Shown: in pieces, positions 14,481 through 26,055 of the stretch
Layout: each line of letters begins with the position of its first letter
How positions within the stretch are numbered: position 1 is the first letter of the stretch
DNA from: Balanoglossus misakiensis
Taxonomy: Eukaryota; Animalia; Hemichordata
Length of the DNA: 64,000 nt
Direction of reading: 5' to 3'
Assembly (NCBI GenBank): GCA_040954595.2
Contig: CM082586.2
Coordinates: forward strand, 11,253,337 to 11,317,336
Translations under genes and position numbers: made by a program
Notes under the pieces: generated by a model
Databases searched by the model: none
Told to the model about the DNA's origin: nothing
Seen by the model: the letters and a program-made list of their open reading frames with translations, nothing else

Positions 14481-16034
14481 GCCCACTACAAGGACAAATA
14501 AGTCAAAAATGGCAAATTTGACGTTTACTTTGAGGTTCGCATGGGGCAAACGAGACAATACAAGAACACTGAAACTCAATTAGTGAAACACTAAAGTTGT
14601 ACTTTATTTCTCTAACAAACTTAGAGAAAATTTACATGGCCATCTTTTTACTCAGAGACCTGATGTTGAATAGAAATGTGGTAGTGCAGGTCCACATGAG
14701 TGCCGTGTACTAGCCTCTCTCTCTGCAAATCCATCCACAACTTGCATGCAGATAGTGGGAGTCTGATGTAAGCAACTACTGCAGTTACAGTCAGGACGTA
14801 AGTGGGATAATTAAACAGCAGGGGATCATGCAATGCAAACACTTGAACTGGCCAGTAACGTTTGAATTGCTCATTTGCATACAGTTTTTCAACTTTTTTC
14901 ACAACGAAAGTTAAGCAACTAGCAACCCATTTCTGACAATTATTTCACCCCAGGCACATTACTGGTACTATGAGTGTACTACATGTGATTTTTCATGAAG
15001 TTTTATCGAGAAGAATTTCTTTACTTCCACTGACAAAATTGTGATCACGAAATTCAAAGTGACCTTGAAGTTACAAAAAAAAAAATATCAGCCATACCCA
15101 CACAAAAATTAACCCCCTCAGGTTTTAGAAACATTATTAAACTCCTCTATTCATAATTTTGACATGAATATATCCATGCCGAGAGTCAAGGACCACAATT
15201 TACTGTGCCATAGGTCAGTCCTGAGAAGTCAGTCAGCGTGAATAGTGTATAGACTCCGTATGTAATATGCTAATGAGAGATAACGACGCGTTGAAAAGGA
15301 AGCCATTACGTCATGGGTTAACATGCGTTGACCTACTTCAATGCATACACGGCATGGCAAACACGGCTGTACTCGTCGATGGCGAAGGCAATGTTTACAC
15401 CGTCATTACTCCACAACGGAGCGGCTCACACTATTATAATTTCACGGTAACTTAGTTCAATATCTTCCTAACCTACCCAATTTTTTTCAAGACAAGAAAT
15501 CTTTGCCGAGAGTCAAGGACCACAATTTAAACCAACATACCGAAACTGTCTTTCTCGGGAAAGCGTCGTTAAAACTTCACGAAAAATCATCCTATCATTG
15601 ACTATGGTGTTTCATACACGTCTTAGAAAAATGGGTGCACTACGATCACTTGTAGTACCGAAAATCTCCGTTTGCAAATTTTTCGAACTGGCCGTAACTG
15701 CCACTCAGCGACTTTCACATTCAAATAGATCTCTTTGATCTCACCGCCGTAATTACCCCACTTACGTCCTGACTGGTTAATACTTACAAAGTGTATTACC
15801 TCCAACACCCCATGGACGGTATCATGTCATCACCAGTAGCTATAGGTTCTTTTAACACCTTGAGAGAAAAAAATGGATTGTTACTGATAGATTACAAAGC
15901 ACTGACAATACAAGAGGGGGAGGGGTAAGGTTTGTTGAGAGCAGTTGTTTTTTGCTAAACATTAGTGAAAATATGAAATTATTGACATGTAGGATTTCAA
16001 TTTTATGATGTAAGAGTATTTTATAATATCTCAC

Positions 16035-16206
16035 CGGGACTTCAGTTGTCGCTGTAGTATTTAACCCAAGTTTAACTGTGCCACCCACGTCCATGCATGG
16101 CAAGGTTTTCTCTCCCAAAAGTTTCAGTTTGGTATCCCAGTTACCATCAGTTGCACTTACTCCACGCCTTCTAAGTTGAATGCGATTTACCATCACAGGA
16201 TTCATA
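16035..16206 (-). pseudogene. Degenerate minus-strand copy of OB-fold gene exon 4
   Basis: Translation ...ATDGNWDTKLKLLGEKTLPCMDVGGTVKLGLNTTATTEVP matches the exon at 24681-24887. The acceptor (cag|tatgaatc) and donor (|gtgaga) are at the same positions. Confidence 0.8.
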
Positions 16207-16324
16207 CTGTGGTGCAAAGACAATTAAAAACATCGATTGTAAGTCATTTAGTAGTGATACCATTGTGACCAAACCTCGTTTTAAAATACATGTAATCTGT
16301 ACTCGAAACTATCATTTTTTTCTT

Positions 16325-16670
16325 TCTAGAATATTAGAACGCGCTCAAAAATAAAAATGCGACCTGTAAGCGAGTGCCGCGTTTCAATTGGTACTGACGA
16401 TAATCACCGCCACTCGGAGATAAAATCAACGTTTTTTTTTTTTTTAATGCAAGTGAACACATGGAGGCGGCCATATTGAATTTAGGTTACATCCCAAGAC
16501 ATTCCGACTGGGCTTCAGGTGGATTCGGGAAAGGTCTCTAAAACATAATCGGTCATCCAATTTTGTATACTAAATTTCTAAAAATGTAGGACATGGGAGG
16601 TTAACATACCCACAATGACTACACACAAAAAAGGGCCCAGGCGTTTCGGGGTGCGATTGTTACGTACCTT
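16325..16670 (-). repeat. Inverted paralog of OB-fold gene intron 2
   Basis: Its reverse complement (aaggtacgtaacaatcgcaccccgaaac...agagacctttcccgaat...aaacgcggcactcg) aligns with 16928-17255 and 24261-24495. Confidence 0.88.
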
Positions 16671-16695
16671 AGCTCCATCATCTGCAACCATGCAG

Positions 16696-17498
16696 CCAAG
16701 GAGTGGCAGTGAAATTGTGCCTCATTGAGGATACAGTCTAGATCCGGAATTCAGCCAACGGCAAACTGTTTAGCGTGCCTTGTATGCACCAGGATGGCAA
16801 CGTTCTGGAACTTAAATTCTGGAAAGAAAATCCGAAATAGCTGAACAGATAACAGAAGAGAGAATACATACAGCTCCGCAACTTTTCCACTGGAAGATAT
16901 AATACCATTTGCCTCTATGATAGAGCAAAGGTATGTTATAATCGCACCCCGAAACTTATGGGCCTTTTTTTGCCGTAGTCATTTCGGGTATCTTAACCTC
17001 CCATCTTCTGCATTTTTAGAAATTTACTCTACAAAATTGAATGACCCATTACATTTTAGAGACCTTTCCCGAATTCAACCGAAGCCTAATCGGAAGGTCT
17101 TCGGATGTAATCCAATATGGCAGCCTCCATGCGATCACGTACATTGAAAATCCATTGATTTCATCGCCGATTACCGATGTTTATCGTCAATACCGATTCA
17201 AACGCGGCACTCGTTTACAAGTCGCATTTATTTTTGATCGCGTTCCAATATTTTAAACAAACTAGATTACTGATAAAAATGCTCAAAATTTTTCTTCCAA
17301 ATGCCACCTTTACGGATTCAGTCACACAACTTACAGACTACGCCAAACTTTTTCCAGATCATACCTTGCGGGCGAAAAGCGATGGATATACCTGAAAAAT
17401 TTGTAACAGAATTGTATCATCCGCCACAAATAATGATATCAGAAGTCGAGATATCTCCACAGAAGAAGAGGGTGTGCGTTGTAGGAAAAGTCCATGAT
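16696..17498 (+). pseudogene. Tandem OB-fold gene, exon 2 (5'-truncated, frameshifted; to 16930) and exon 3 (17358-17498)
   Basis: Exon 2 reads ...LFSVPCMHQDGNVLELKFWKEN/.../EYIQLRNFSTGRYNTICLYDRAK|gtatgt. Exon 3 reads tttttccag|IIPCGRKAMDIPEKFVTELYHPPQIMISEVEISPQKKRVCVVGKVHD|gtgagt. Both junctions are phase 0. Confidence 0.72.
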
Positions 17499-17527
17499 GT
17501 GAGTACTGTCAAATGTTGCACAAATAG

Positions 17528-17985
17528 CCGTTAAACCTGAAATATAGATTGAAAGTGGATATTGTTTTACACAATTTTTGAACATTGAAGTAAAGTATTA
17601 GAATGATGGAATCCGATAAAAAAAGTGAGTTGGTAATTTCGGCATCCGACTTCGTTATTAAAAATGGAAAGGTTTGCGATTCGGTTCAAGTAGTATTTGC
17701 AAGTTTGAAAGGAAATATTTCATTGAAGTACAGTGGCAACTACTGCATTATTGAGAATCTTTGAAATGTTGATGAACGGAGACTTATAATAGAATAAATG
17801 AAAACCTACCTTTAACGGTGTTAGGGTTACTACACCTGACAGACCGCTGGTCTGCGTCCGACCGATTCTGAGCTCCTAGCTCTTGTGGAGACATGCGGAG
17901 GTACAGCGGGTTAACGGTTAGGAAGTGTTGATGAAAGGAATGATTAATTACATAGGCCAATCAGGATCCTGGAGTTAGATATTCG
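17528..17985 (-). repeat. Left arm of a ~450-bp inverted repeat (partner 23615-24061): promoter, 5' exon and intron 1 of the minus-strand gene copy
   Basis: ccgttaaacctgaaatatagattgaaagtggatattg...ctgagctcctagctcttgtggagacatgcggaggtacagcgggttaacggttag is the reverse complement of 23615-24061. Confidence 0.93.
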
Positions 17986-19039
17986 AGTGAAATGGTGGAA
18001 AAACGGGAATGCCGATTGGTTCAATTTAACCGGAGGGAAATTGCTACATTATATGACGTCAGTTGCGAACGATAATGCATATATTAAGCTAAGGTTGAAT
18101 CCGGTTTTTCCATCAAGCACAACCATATTTCAGTCATATAAAAAACGAAGAAAATAACACTAAAAAAATATTTCCTTTTTAAAAACTTCACTATAGCATT
18201 ATTATAATGATGTACGTCGTACATAAAATGATACACGTGACATCGACTTGTTCAGAGTTTTAAAACAGGTAGAGAGTGCCCATGGGTAACCCGAAAACAC
18301 ACAAACCGGGTAAAAAATGAAAGTCCTGCGAAGGCCAGGAGTATACACTGAAAAATTACAATAAATCTAGTACAAAAGTTTGTATCCTCACGAATAATTA
18401 ACTCTGATTGCATAAGTTTATTTCCGTCTCATTACCTTCTGAAAGCAAATCACTCACTTGCCGGTAAAAGTTGAGTAAAATACTACATCTAAACTGCATA
18501 GCGATGGCGGCCCATAAAAATAATTGCCCAGTGTCCCACTCGCAATGCACAACTTTTTAGGCCAAGTGCTAATGATATTCGAATTTTCGAAGGTTACGCA
18601 ATATACACATACATGTATAAATATTAATTTATGAACAATTTCCAGTGTTCACGCTGGGATTTCTTTCGTTCTAGTTTACTCGTTATATAATGTACCAATT
18701 CCCTCCGGTAAGTTGAGCCGATTCCCATCACTTTGAGCCAATCGATATTCATGGTTTTTCAGCATTTCAGTCGACTATATTTACACCTGTTGCATGTCTT
18801 TGCAGTTTTTGACTTGACGCTTACAACCGAGTCGCACCGCACGCAGTACTATCTTGTTGTCTTCATGTTTAGTTGTTGTTTTGCGCACACTATTTGCACA
18901 AAAATATCTGCTCGTTTTGTTATCAACGATCGAGTATATGTTAGGAAGTCCGACATAGAGAACTTTGTTCTAAATATTCAATGCCCCACAAATGATATAC
19001 TAGACTGCTCGACACAACACACCCCAGCCATACTCCATT

Positions 19040-19155
19040 AGTACACGCCACAAACACCGTATTTATACAGCCTGAGGGATTTCAGCTTCGAACTTATTGC
19101 CCAATCATATTCGACTATTTCCAACCAATCCCCTTCTGACTAATTGACCAATCAC
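19040..19155 (-). promoter_or_regulatory. Putative Pol II promoter: three CCAAT boxes plus TATAAATA (repeated at +2067 and +4134)
   Basis: ccaatc occurs at ~19101, 19126 and 19148. tatttata at ~19059 reads TATAAATA on the minus strand. Motif evidence only. Confidence 0.4.
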
Positions 19156-22100
19156 ACGCTTCGAGCATAATTTCCAAAAAAGGGAAAACTAACGAATTTG
19201 CTACATCTTTCCGGTTTCATCTTCAACAGTTTCTAACATTTTTTTGGACCCCCCCCCCCCCCTCGATAAACACCCATACTCAAAGGGTAACTTCATTTAA
19301 TTGTCAGTAAATAAAATCAATTCACAGTCTTATTACATGTACTATTTATAATATACTCAAATTTCCACTACAAAATATCTGTATATGTGCGTTAAATTCT
19401 GAAATCTTTCCACCCAAACCTCTAGTTATGCAAATTTAAATTGCTGTCTGTTGCGTTCGCCTACGGTTTCTCATTTTCGGACATTCGAATCTAACTCCTG
19501 ATTGGCCTATAAACTTATTTCTTTCATCAACACTTTCTAACCGTTAACCCGCTGTACCTCCGCATGTCTCCACAAGAGCTAGGAGCTCAGAATCGGATGA
19601 ACGAGACAAGCGGTCTCTCACGTTTAGTAACCGTAACACCGTTAAAGGTAGGTTTTCATTGATTCTAATAAGTCTCTGTTCATCAACATTTCAAAAATTC
19701 TCCATAACCATCCGACTTCGTTATTAAAAATGGAAAGATTTGCGATTTGAGATTCGGTTACCATTTGCAAGTTTGAAAGGAAATATTTCATTGAAGTACA
19801 GTGGCAACTACTGCATTATTGAGAATCTTTGAAATGTTGATGAACGGAGACTTATAATAGAATAAATGAAAACCTACCTTTAACGGTGTTAGGGTTACTA
19901 CACCTGACAGACCGCTGGTCTGCGTCCGACCGATTCTGAGCTCCTAGCTCTTGTGGAGACATGCGGAGGTACAGCGGGTTAACGGTTAGGAAGTGTTGAT
20001 GAAAGGAATGATTAATTACATAGGCCAATCAGGATCCTGGAGTTAGATATTCGAGTGAAATGGTGGAAAAACTGGAATGCCGATTGGTTCAATTTAACCG
20101 GAGGGAAATTGCTACATTATATGACGTCAGTTGCGAACGATAATGCATATATTAAGCTAAGGTTGAATCCGGTTTTTCCATCAAGCACAAGCATATTTCA
20201 GTCATAAAAAAACGAAGAGAATAACACTAAAAAAATATTTCCTTTTTAAAAACTTCACTATAGCATTATTATAATGATGTACGTCGTACATAAAATGATA
20301 CACGTGACATCGACTTGTTCAGAGTTTTAAAACAGGTAGAGAGTGCCCATGGGTAACCCGAAAACACACAAACCGGGTAAAAAATGAAAGTCCTGCGAAG
20401 GCCAGGAGTATACACTGAAAAATTACAATAAATCTAGTACAAAAGTTTGTATCCTCACGAATAATTAACTCTGATTGCATAAGTTTATTTCCGTCTCATT
20501 ACCTTCTGAAAGCAAATCACTCACTTGCCGGTAAAAGTTGAGTAAAATACTACATCTAAACTGCATAGCGTTGGCGGCCCATAAAAATAATTGCCCAGTG
20601 TCCCACTCGCAATGCACAACTTTTTAGGCCAAGTGCTAATGATATTCGAATTTTCGAAGGTTACGCAATATACACATACATGTATAAATATTAATTTATG
20701 AACAATTTCCAGTGTTCACGCTGGGATTTCTTTCGTTCTAGTTTACTCGTTATATAATGTACCAATTCCCTCCGGTAAGTTGAGCCGATTCCCATCACTT
20801 TGAGCCAATCGATATTCATGGTTTTTCAGCATTTCAGTCGACTATATTTACACCTGTTGCATGTCTTTGCAGTTTTTGACTTGACGCTTACAACCGAGTC
20901 GCACCGCACGCAGTACTATCTTGTTGTCTTCATGTTTAGTTGTTGTTTTGCGCACACTATTTGCACAAAAATATCTGCTCGTTTTGTTATCAACGATCGA
21001 GTATATGTTAGGAAGTCCGACATAGAGAACTTTGTTCTAAATATTCAATGCCCCACAAATGATATACTAGACTGCTCGACACAACACACCCCAGCCATAC
21101 TCCATTAGTACACGCCACAAACACCGTATTTATACAGCCTGAGGGATTTCAGCTTCGAACTTATTGCCCAATCATATTCGACTATTTCCAACCAATCCCC
21201 TTCTGACTAATTGACCAATCACACGCTTCGAGCATAATTTCCAAAAAAGGGAAAACTAACGAATTTGCTACATCTTTCCGGTTTCATCTTCAACAGTTTC
21301 TAACATTTTTTTGGACCCCCCCCCCCTCTCGATAAACACCCATACTCAAAGGGTAACTTCATTTAATTGTCAGTAAATAAAATCAATTCACAGTCTTATT
21401 ACATGTACTATTTATAATATACTCAAATTTCCACTACAAAATATCTGTATATGTGCGTTAAATTCTGAAATCTTTCCACCCAAACCTCTAGTTATGCAAA
21501 TTTAAATTGCTGTCTGTTGCGTTCGCCTACGGTTTCTCATTTTCGGACATTCGAATCTAACTCCTGATTGGCCTATAAACTTATTTCTTTCATCAACACT
21601 TTCTAACCGTTAACCCGCTGTACCTCCGCATGTCTCCACAAGAGCTAGGAGCTCAGAATCGGATGAACGAGACAAGCGGTCTCTCACGTTTAGTAACCGT
21701 AACACCGTTAAAGGTAGGTTTTCATTGATTCTAATAAGTCTCCGTTCATCAACATTTCAAAAATTCTCCATAACCATCCGACTTCGTTATTAAAAATGGA
21801 AAGATTTGCGATTTGAGATTCGGTTACCATTTGCAAGTTTGAAAGGAAATATTTCATTGAAGTACAGTGGCAACTACTGCATTATTGAGAATCTTTGAAA
21901 TGTTGATGAACGGAGACTTATAATAGAATAAATGAAAACCTACCTTTAACGGTGTTAGGGTTACTACACCTGACAGACCGCTGGTCTGCGTCCGACCGAT
22001 TCTGAGCTCCTAGCTCTTGTGGAGACATGCGGAGGTACAGCGGGTTAACGGTTAGGAAGTGTTGATGAAAGGAATGATTAATTACATAGGCCAATCAGGA

Positions 22101-23629
22101 TCCTGGAGTTAGATATTCGAGTGAAATGGTGGAAAAACTGGAATGCCGATTGGTTCAATTTAACCGGAGGGAAATTGCTACATTATATGACGTCAGTTGC
22201 GAACGATAATGCATATATTAAGCTAAGGTTGAATCCGGTTTTTCCATCAAGCACAAGCATATTTCAGTCATAAAAAAAACGAAGAGAATAACACTAAAAA
22301 AATATTTCCTTTTTAAAAACTTCACTATAGCATTATTATAATGATGTACGTCGTACATAAAATGATACACGTGACATCGACTTGTTCAGAGTTTTAAAAC
22401 AGGTAGAGAGTGCCCATGGGTAACCCGAAAACACACAAACCGGGTAAAAAATGAAAGTCCTGCGAAGGCCAGGAGTATACACTGAAAAATTACAATAAAT
22501 CTAGTACAAAAGTTTGTATTCTCACGAATAATTAACTCTGATTGCATAAGTTTATTTCCGTCTCATTACCTTCTGAAAGCAAATCACTCACTTGCCGGTA
22601 AACGTTGAGTAAAATACTACATCTAAACTGCATAGCGATGGCGGCCCATAAAAATAATTGCCCAGTGTCCCACTCGCAATGCACAACTTTTTAGGCCAAG
22701 TGCTAATGATATTCGAATTTTCGAAGGTTACGCAATATACACATACATGTATAAATATTAATTTATGAACAATTTCCAGTGTTCACGCTGGGATTTCTTT
22801 CGTTCTAGTTTACTCGTTATATAATGTACCAATTCCCTCCGGTAAGTTGAGCCGATTCCCATCACTTTGAGCCAATCGATATTCATGGTTTTTCAGCATT
22901 TCAGTCGACTATATTTACACCTGTTGCATGTCTTTGCAGTTTTTGACTTGACGCTTACAACCGAGTCGCACCGCACGCAGTACTATCTTGTTGTCTTCAT
23001 GTTTAGTTGTTGTTTTGCGCACACTATTTGCACAAAAATATCTGCTCGTTTTGTTATCAACGATCGAGTATATGTTAGGAAGTCCGACATAGAGAACTTT
23101 GTTCTAAATATTCAATGCCCCACAAATGATATACTAGACTGCTCGACACAACACACCCCAGCCATACTCCATTAGTACACGCCACAAACACCGTATTTAT
23201 ACAGCCTGAGGGATTTCAGCTTCGAACTTATTGCCCAATCATATTCGACTATTTCCAACCAATCCCCTTCTGACTAATTGACCAATCACACGCTTCGAGC
23301 ATAATTTCCAAAAAAGGGAAAACTAACGAATTTGCTACATCTTTCCGGTTTCATCTTCAACAGTTTCTAACATTTTTTTGGACCCCCCCCCCCCTCGATA
23401 AACACCCATACTCAAAGGGTAACTTCATTTAATTGTCAGTAAATAAAATCAATTCAGAGTCTTATTACATGTACTATTTATAATATACTCAAATTTCCAC
23501 TACAAAATATCTGTATATGTGCGTTAAATTCTGAAATCTTTCCACCCAAACCTCTAGTTATGCAAATTTAAATTGCTGTCTGTTGCGTTCGCCTACGGTT
23601 TCTCATTTTCGGACATTCGAATCTAACTC

Positions 23630-23779
23630 CTGATTGGCCTATAAACTTATTTCTTTCATCAACACTTTCTAACCGTTAACCCGCTGTACCTCCGCATGTC
23701 TCCACAAGAGCTAGGAGCTCAGAATCGGATGAACGAGACAAGCGGTCTCTCACGTTTAGTAACCGTAACACCGTTAAAG
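23630..23779 (+). promoter_or_regulatory. Putative promoter and non-coding first exon of the OB-fold gene
   Basis: gattggcc followed by tataaa at 23632-23646. Donor aag|gtaggt at 23780 and acceptor tttttcag| at 24051 precede the ATG at 24065. Both sites are conserved in the inverted copy. Confidence 0.5.
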
Positions 23780-24051
23780 GTAGGTTTTCATTGATTCTAA
23801 TAAGTCTCCGTTCATCAACATTTCAAAAATTCTCCATAACACAGTAGTTGCCACTGTGCTTCAATGAAATATTTCCTTTCAAACTTGCAAATGGTAACCG
23901 AATCTCAAATCGCAAATCTTTCCATTTTTAATAACGAAGTCGGATGCCGCAATCACCAACTCACTTTTTTATCGGACTCCATCATTCTAATACTTTACTT
24001 CAATGTTCAAAAATTGTGTAAAACAATATCCACTCTCAATCTATTTTTCAG

Positions 24052-24887
24052 GTTTAACGGCGTTATGGCATCCCCGGCTCCCGGTCCCTCATCCCCAACC
24101 AGCCAAGGCGTGGCACTGAAATTGCGCCTCATGGAGGATGTCGAGATCCGGAATTCCGCCAACGGGAAACTGTTTAGCGTGCCTTGTATGCAGCAGGATG
24201 GCAACGTTCTGGAACTTTTCCACTGGAAGAGATAATACCATTTGCCTCTATGATAGAGCAAAGGTACGTTATAATCGCACCCCGTAACTTATGGGCCTGA
24301 CTTTTTTTTTGCCGTAGTCATTTTGGGTATCTTAACCTCCCATCTTCTACATTTTTAGAAATTTACTCTACAAAATTGAATGACCCATTACATTTTAGAG
24401 ACCTTTCCCGAATTCAACCGAAGCCCAATGGGAAGGTCTTCGGATGTAATCCAATATGGCAGCCTCCATGCGATCACGTACATTGAAAATCCATTTATAT
24501 GATACAACCATGCCTTGTCAACTCACCTCGGGTCAAAATTACTGCCATCGATTCATCATTTTGCAGTTCAAATTTTAAAAAGCAACTGACAAAAAACAAC
24601 CACTCTTGCACTATTTCTCCACAACATTTACTACTCGTAATTATTAACATTCAATGTTTTCCATTTTATTTCCACTACAGTATGAATCAGTGACACATAC
24701 ATCGAATTCTACAAAGAGACGTAAACTGACCATAACTGATGGCACAAGAGATGCTGAAGTCAACCTTTGGGGTGAGAAAACAGCGCTGCCACTGGATGTA
24801 GGTGCCACAGTTAAACTAGGCCCATTGGTTATCAACAGATATAAAACATCGTCCACATTAAATACAACAGCGACAACTGAAGTGGAG
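24052..24887 (+). pseudogene. Tandem OB-fold gene, exon 2 (24052-24263, 71-bp internal deletion) and exon 4 (24681-24887); exon 3 is missing in this copy
   Basis: MASPAPGPSSPTSQGVALKLRLMEDVEIRNSANGKLFSVPCMQQDGNVLEL. Exon 4 reads ctacag|YESVTHTSNSTKRRKLTITDGTRDAEVNLWGEKTALPLDVGATVKLGPLVINRYKTSSTLNTTATTEVE|gtgaga, showing the RPA/SSB-type pattern L.I.D.T....V.LWG...L..G..V.L. Confidence 0.75.
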
Positions 24888-24914
24888 GTGAGACATAAAA
24901 TACTGTTCCTGATG

Positions 24915-25851
24915 CTCCGTGAGAACTGTCAAGTAGCCACGGTTCTAGGCGACATAGGATGGATGTCCACGGTACGGGAGGAGGCCATGCATGTATACGG
25001 GAAGGAAAAGACCGAAGCCAACCTGCCCGTACCATCCGACGCAGCCATAAAAACCTGCACACTACCTCGGGAGTTCAATCCAGGCCGCGTACGTGGGGGA
25101 TTCGTTGGCCATATCTCCCCGCAAGAGCCCACAAGAACCACCACCGCAGCTGACGACCTGGAGGAAACTTTGAGCATCTTCCGGGATCCGCAGCTGGAAA
25201 AACAGGTACTCGGTGGTGACAAGGACCAGGCGATGGAGGTGTCGGAAGGGCCACGCGCAAACTGAAGAAACACGCCTTTCAGTGCCACCTTCCAGTTATT
25301 TTTACTGAGAAGCCGGTAGTATTCCGCGAGCGGGACGCGGTGGAGGCGTTAGAGAAACTCACCTATACTGGCTGTGTGGTCCAGGAAATGAAATACCCGA
25401 CCTGCTAGACTTCTATATCCGCAGGGGCGGACCTGGACGGATCCCTACGGAATCCTTTTGTTCACCGGAGTCCATGGTGATGATGAAGCGCCTGTGCGTC
25501 TTCCAGGGGTGGGAGGTGCCGAACAGGTTCCGACTGAGCTCCCCCACCACACCAGCGATTCTCATCCACTGGCGTGTCCTTAGCATACTGCTGAGGTGGG
25601 TATCCCAATCACGACAGGAAGAATTCCGGGAAATCCGACCTCACCGGAAAACATCATCAATCCGGACACAGCAACCAGAGAGGACGGGGGCGGAAGCAGT
25701 CGCACAGAATCCATCGACGCAGGGGGAGCGAGGACGCGCCAGGGGTTTTTGATGCATTTTTTATCCCCCAAGCGTGCGCGGAGGAGTGCCGAGTGGAAGA
25801 CGCGCCCACCACCATAGATGACCTCACTGACTACGATGTTGGTGTCCCCCC
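24915..25851 (+). pseudogene. GC-rich frameshifted coding fragment, probably from a retroelement accessory protein (resembles the region upstream of TatD in invertebrate TatD-like proteins)
   Basis: GC content rises abruptly. Broken frames give LKKHAFQCHLP and DLLDFY...MKRLCVFQGWEVPNRFRLSSPTTPAILIHWRVLSILL. The family call is from recalled motifs only. Confidence 0.45.
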
Positions 25852-26055
25852 TGTTATGTTTCCATCAACATGGGAATAATAATGCGATCATAAGGTATAA
25901 CAACAACCTATTTATTGATCGGCTGAAAAGACTCAACAATGTGCTTCGCCTTATCTGGGCGGAAGTGACGTCGTACAGCAATTCATAAACAAGTGGAACA
26001 CCAACAATGCAACACTAGATGGCGCTATATTGATCGTAGCTGTCAGAATACTACA
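25852..26055 (-). repeat. 3' LTR (204 bp)
   Basis: Differs from 30536-30739 at 2 positions by manual comparison. The polypurine tract AAAGAAGAGGGGA (minus strand) abuts it at 26056-26068. Confidence 0.96.

Larger units (their letters stand above)
17643..23840. repeat. Three near-identical 2067-bp tandem units, each bounded by inverted repeats
   Basis: Identical ORF-track entries occur at 18733, 20800 and 22867 (spacing 2067). Junctions ...attctccataac|catccgacttcg are at ~19708 and ~21775. Confidence 0.97.

Noticed and set aside
18733-19041. 102-aa ORF repeated three times
   Set aside because: It has a non-ATG start and no motif. Identity simply reflects the recent triplication, and the promoter signals point to the opposite strand.
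24654-25265. 203-aa ORF as a single protein
   Set aside because: It is chimeric: intron tail, OB exon 4, then read-through into an unrelated GC-rich fragment.
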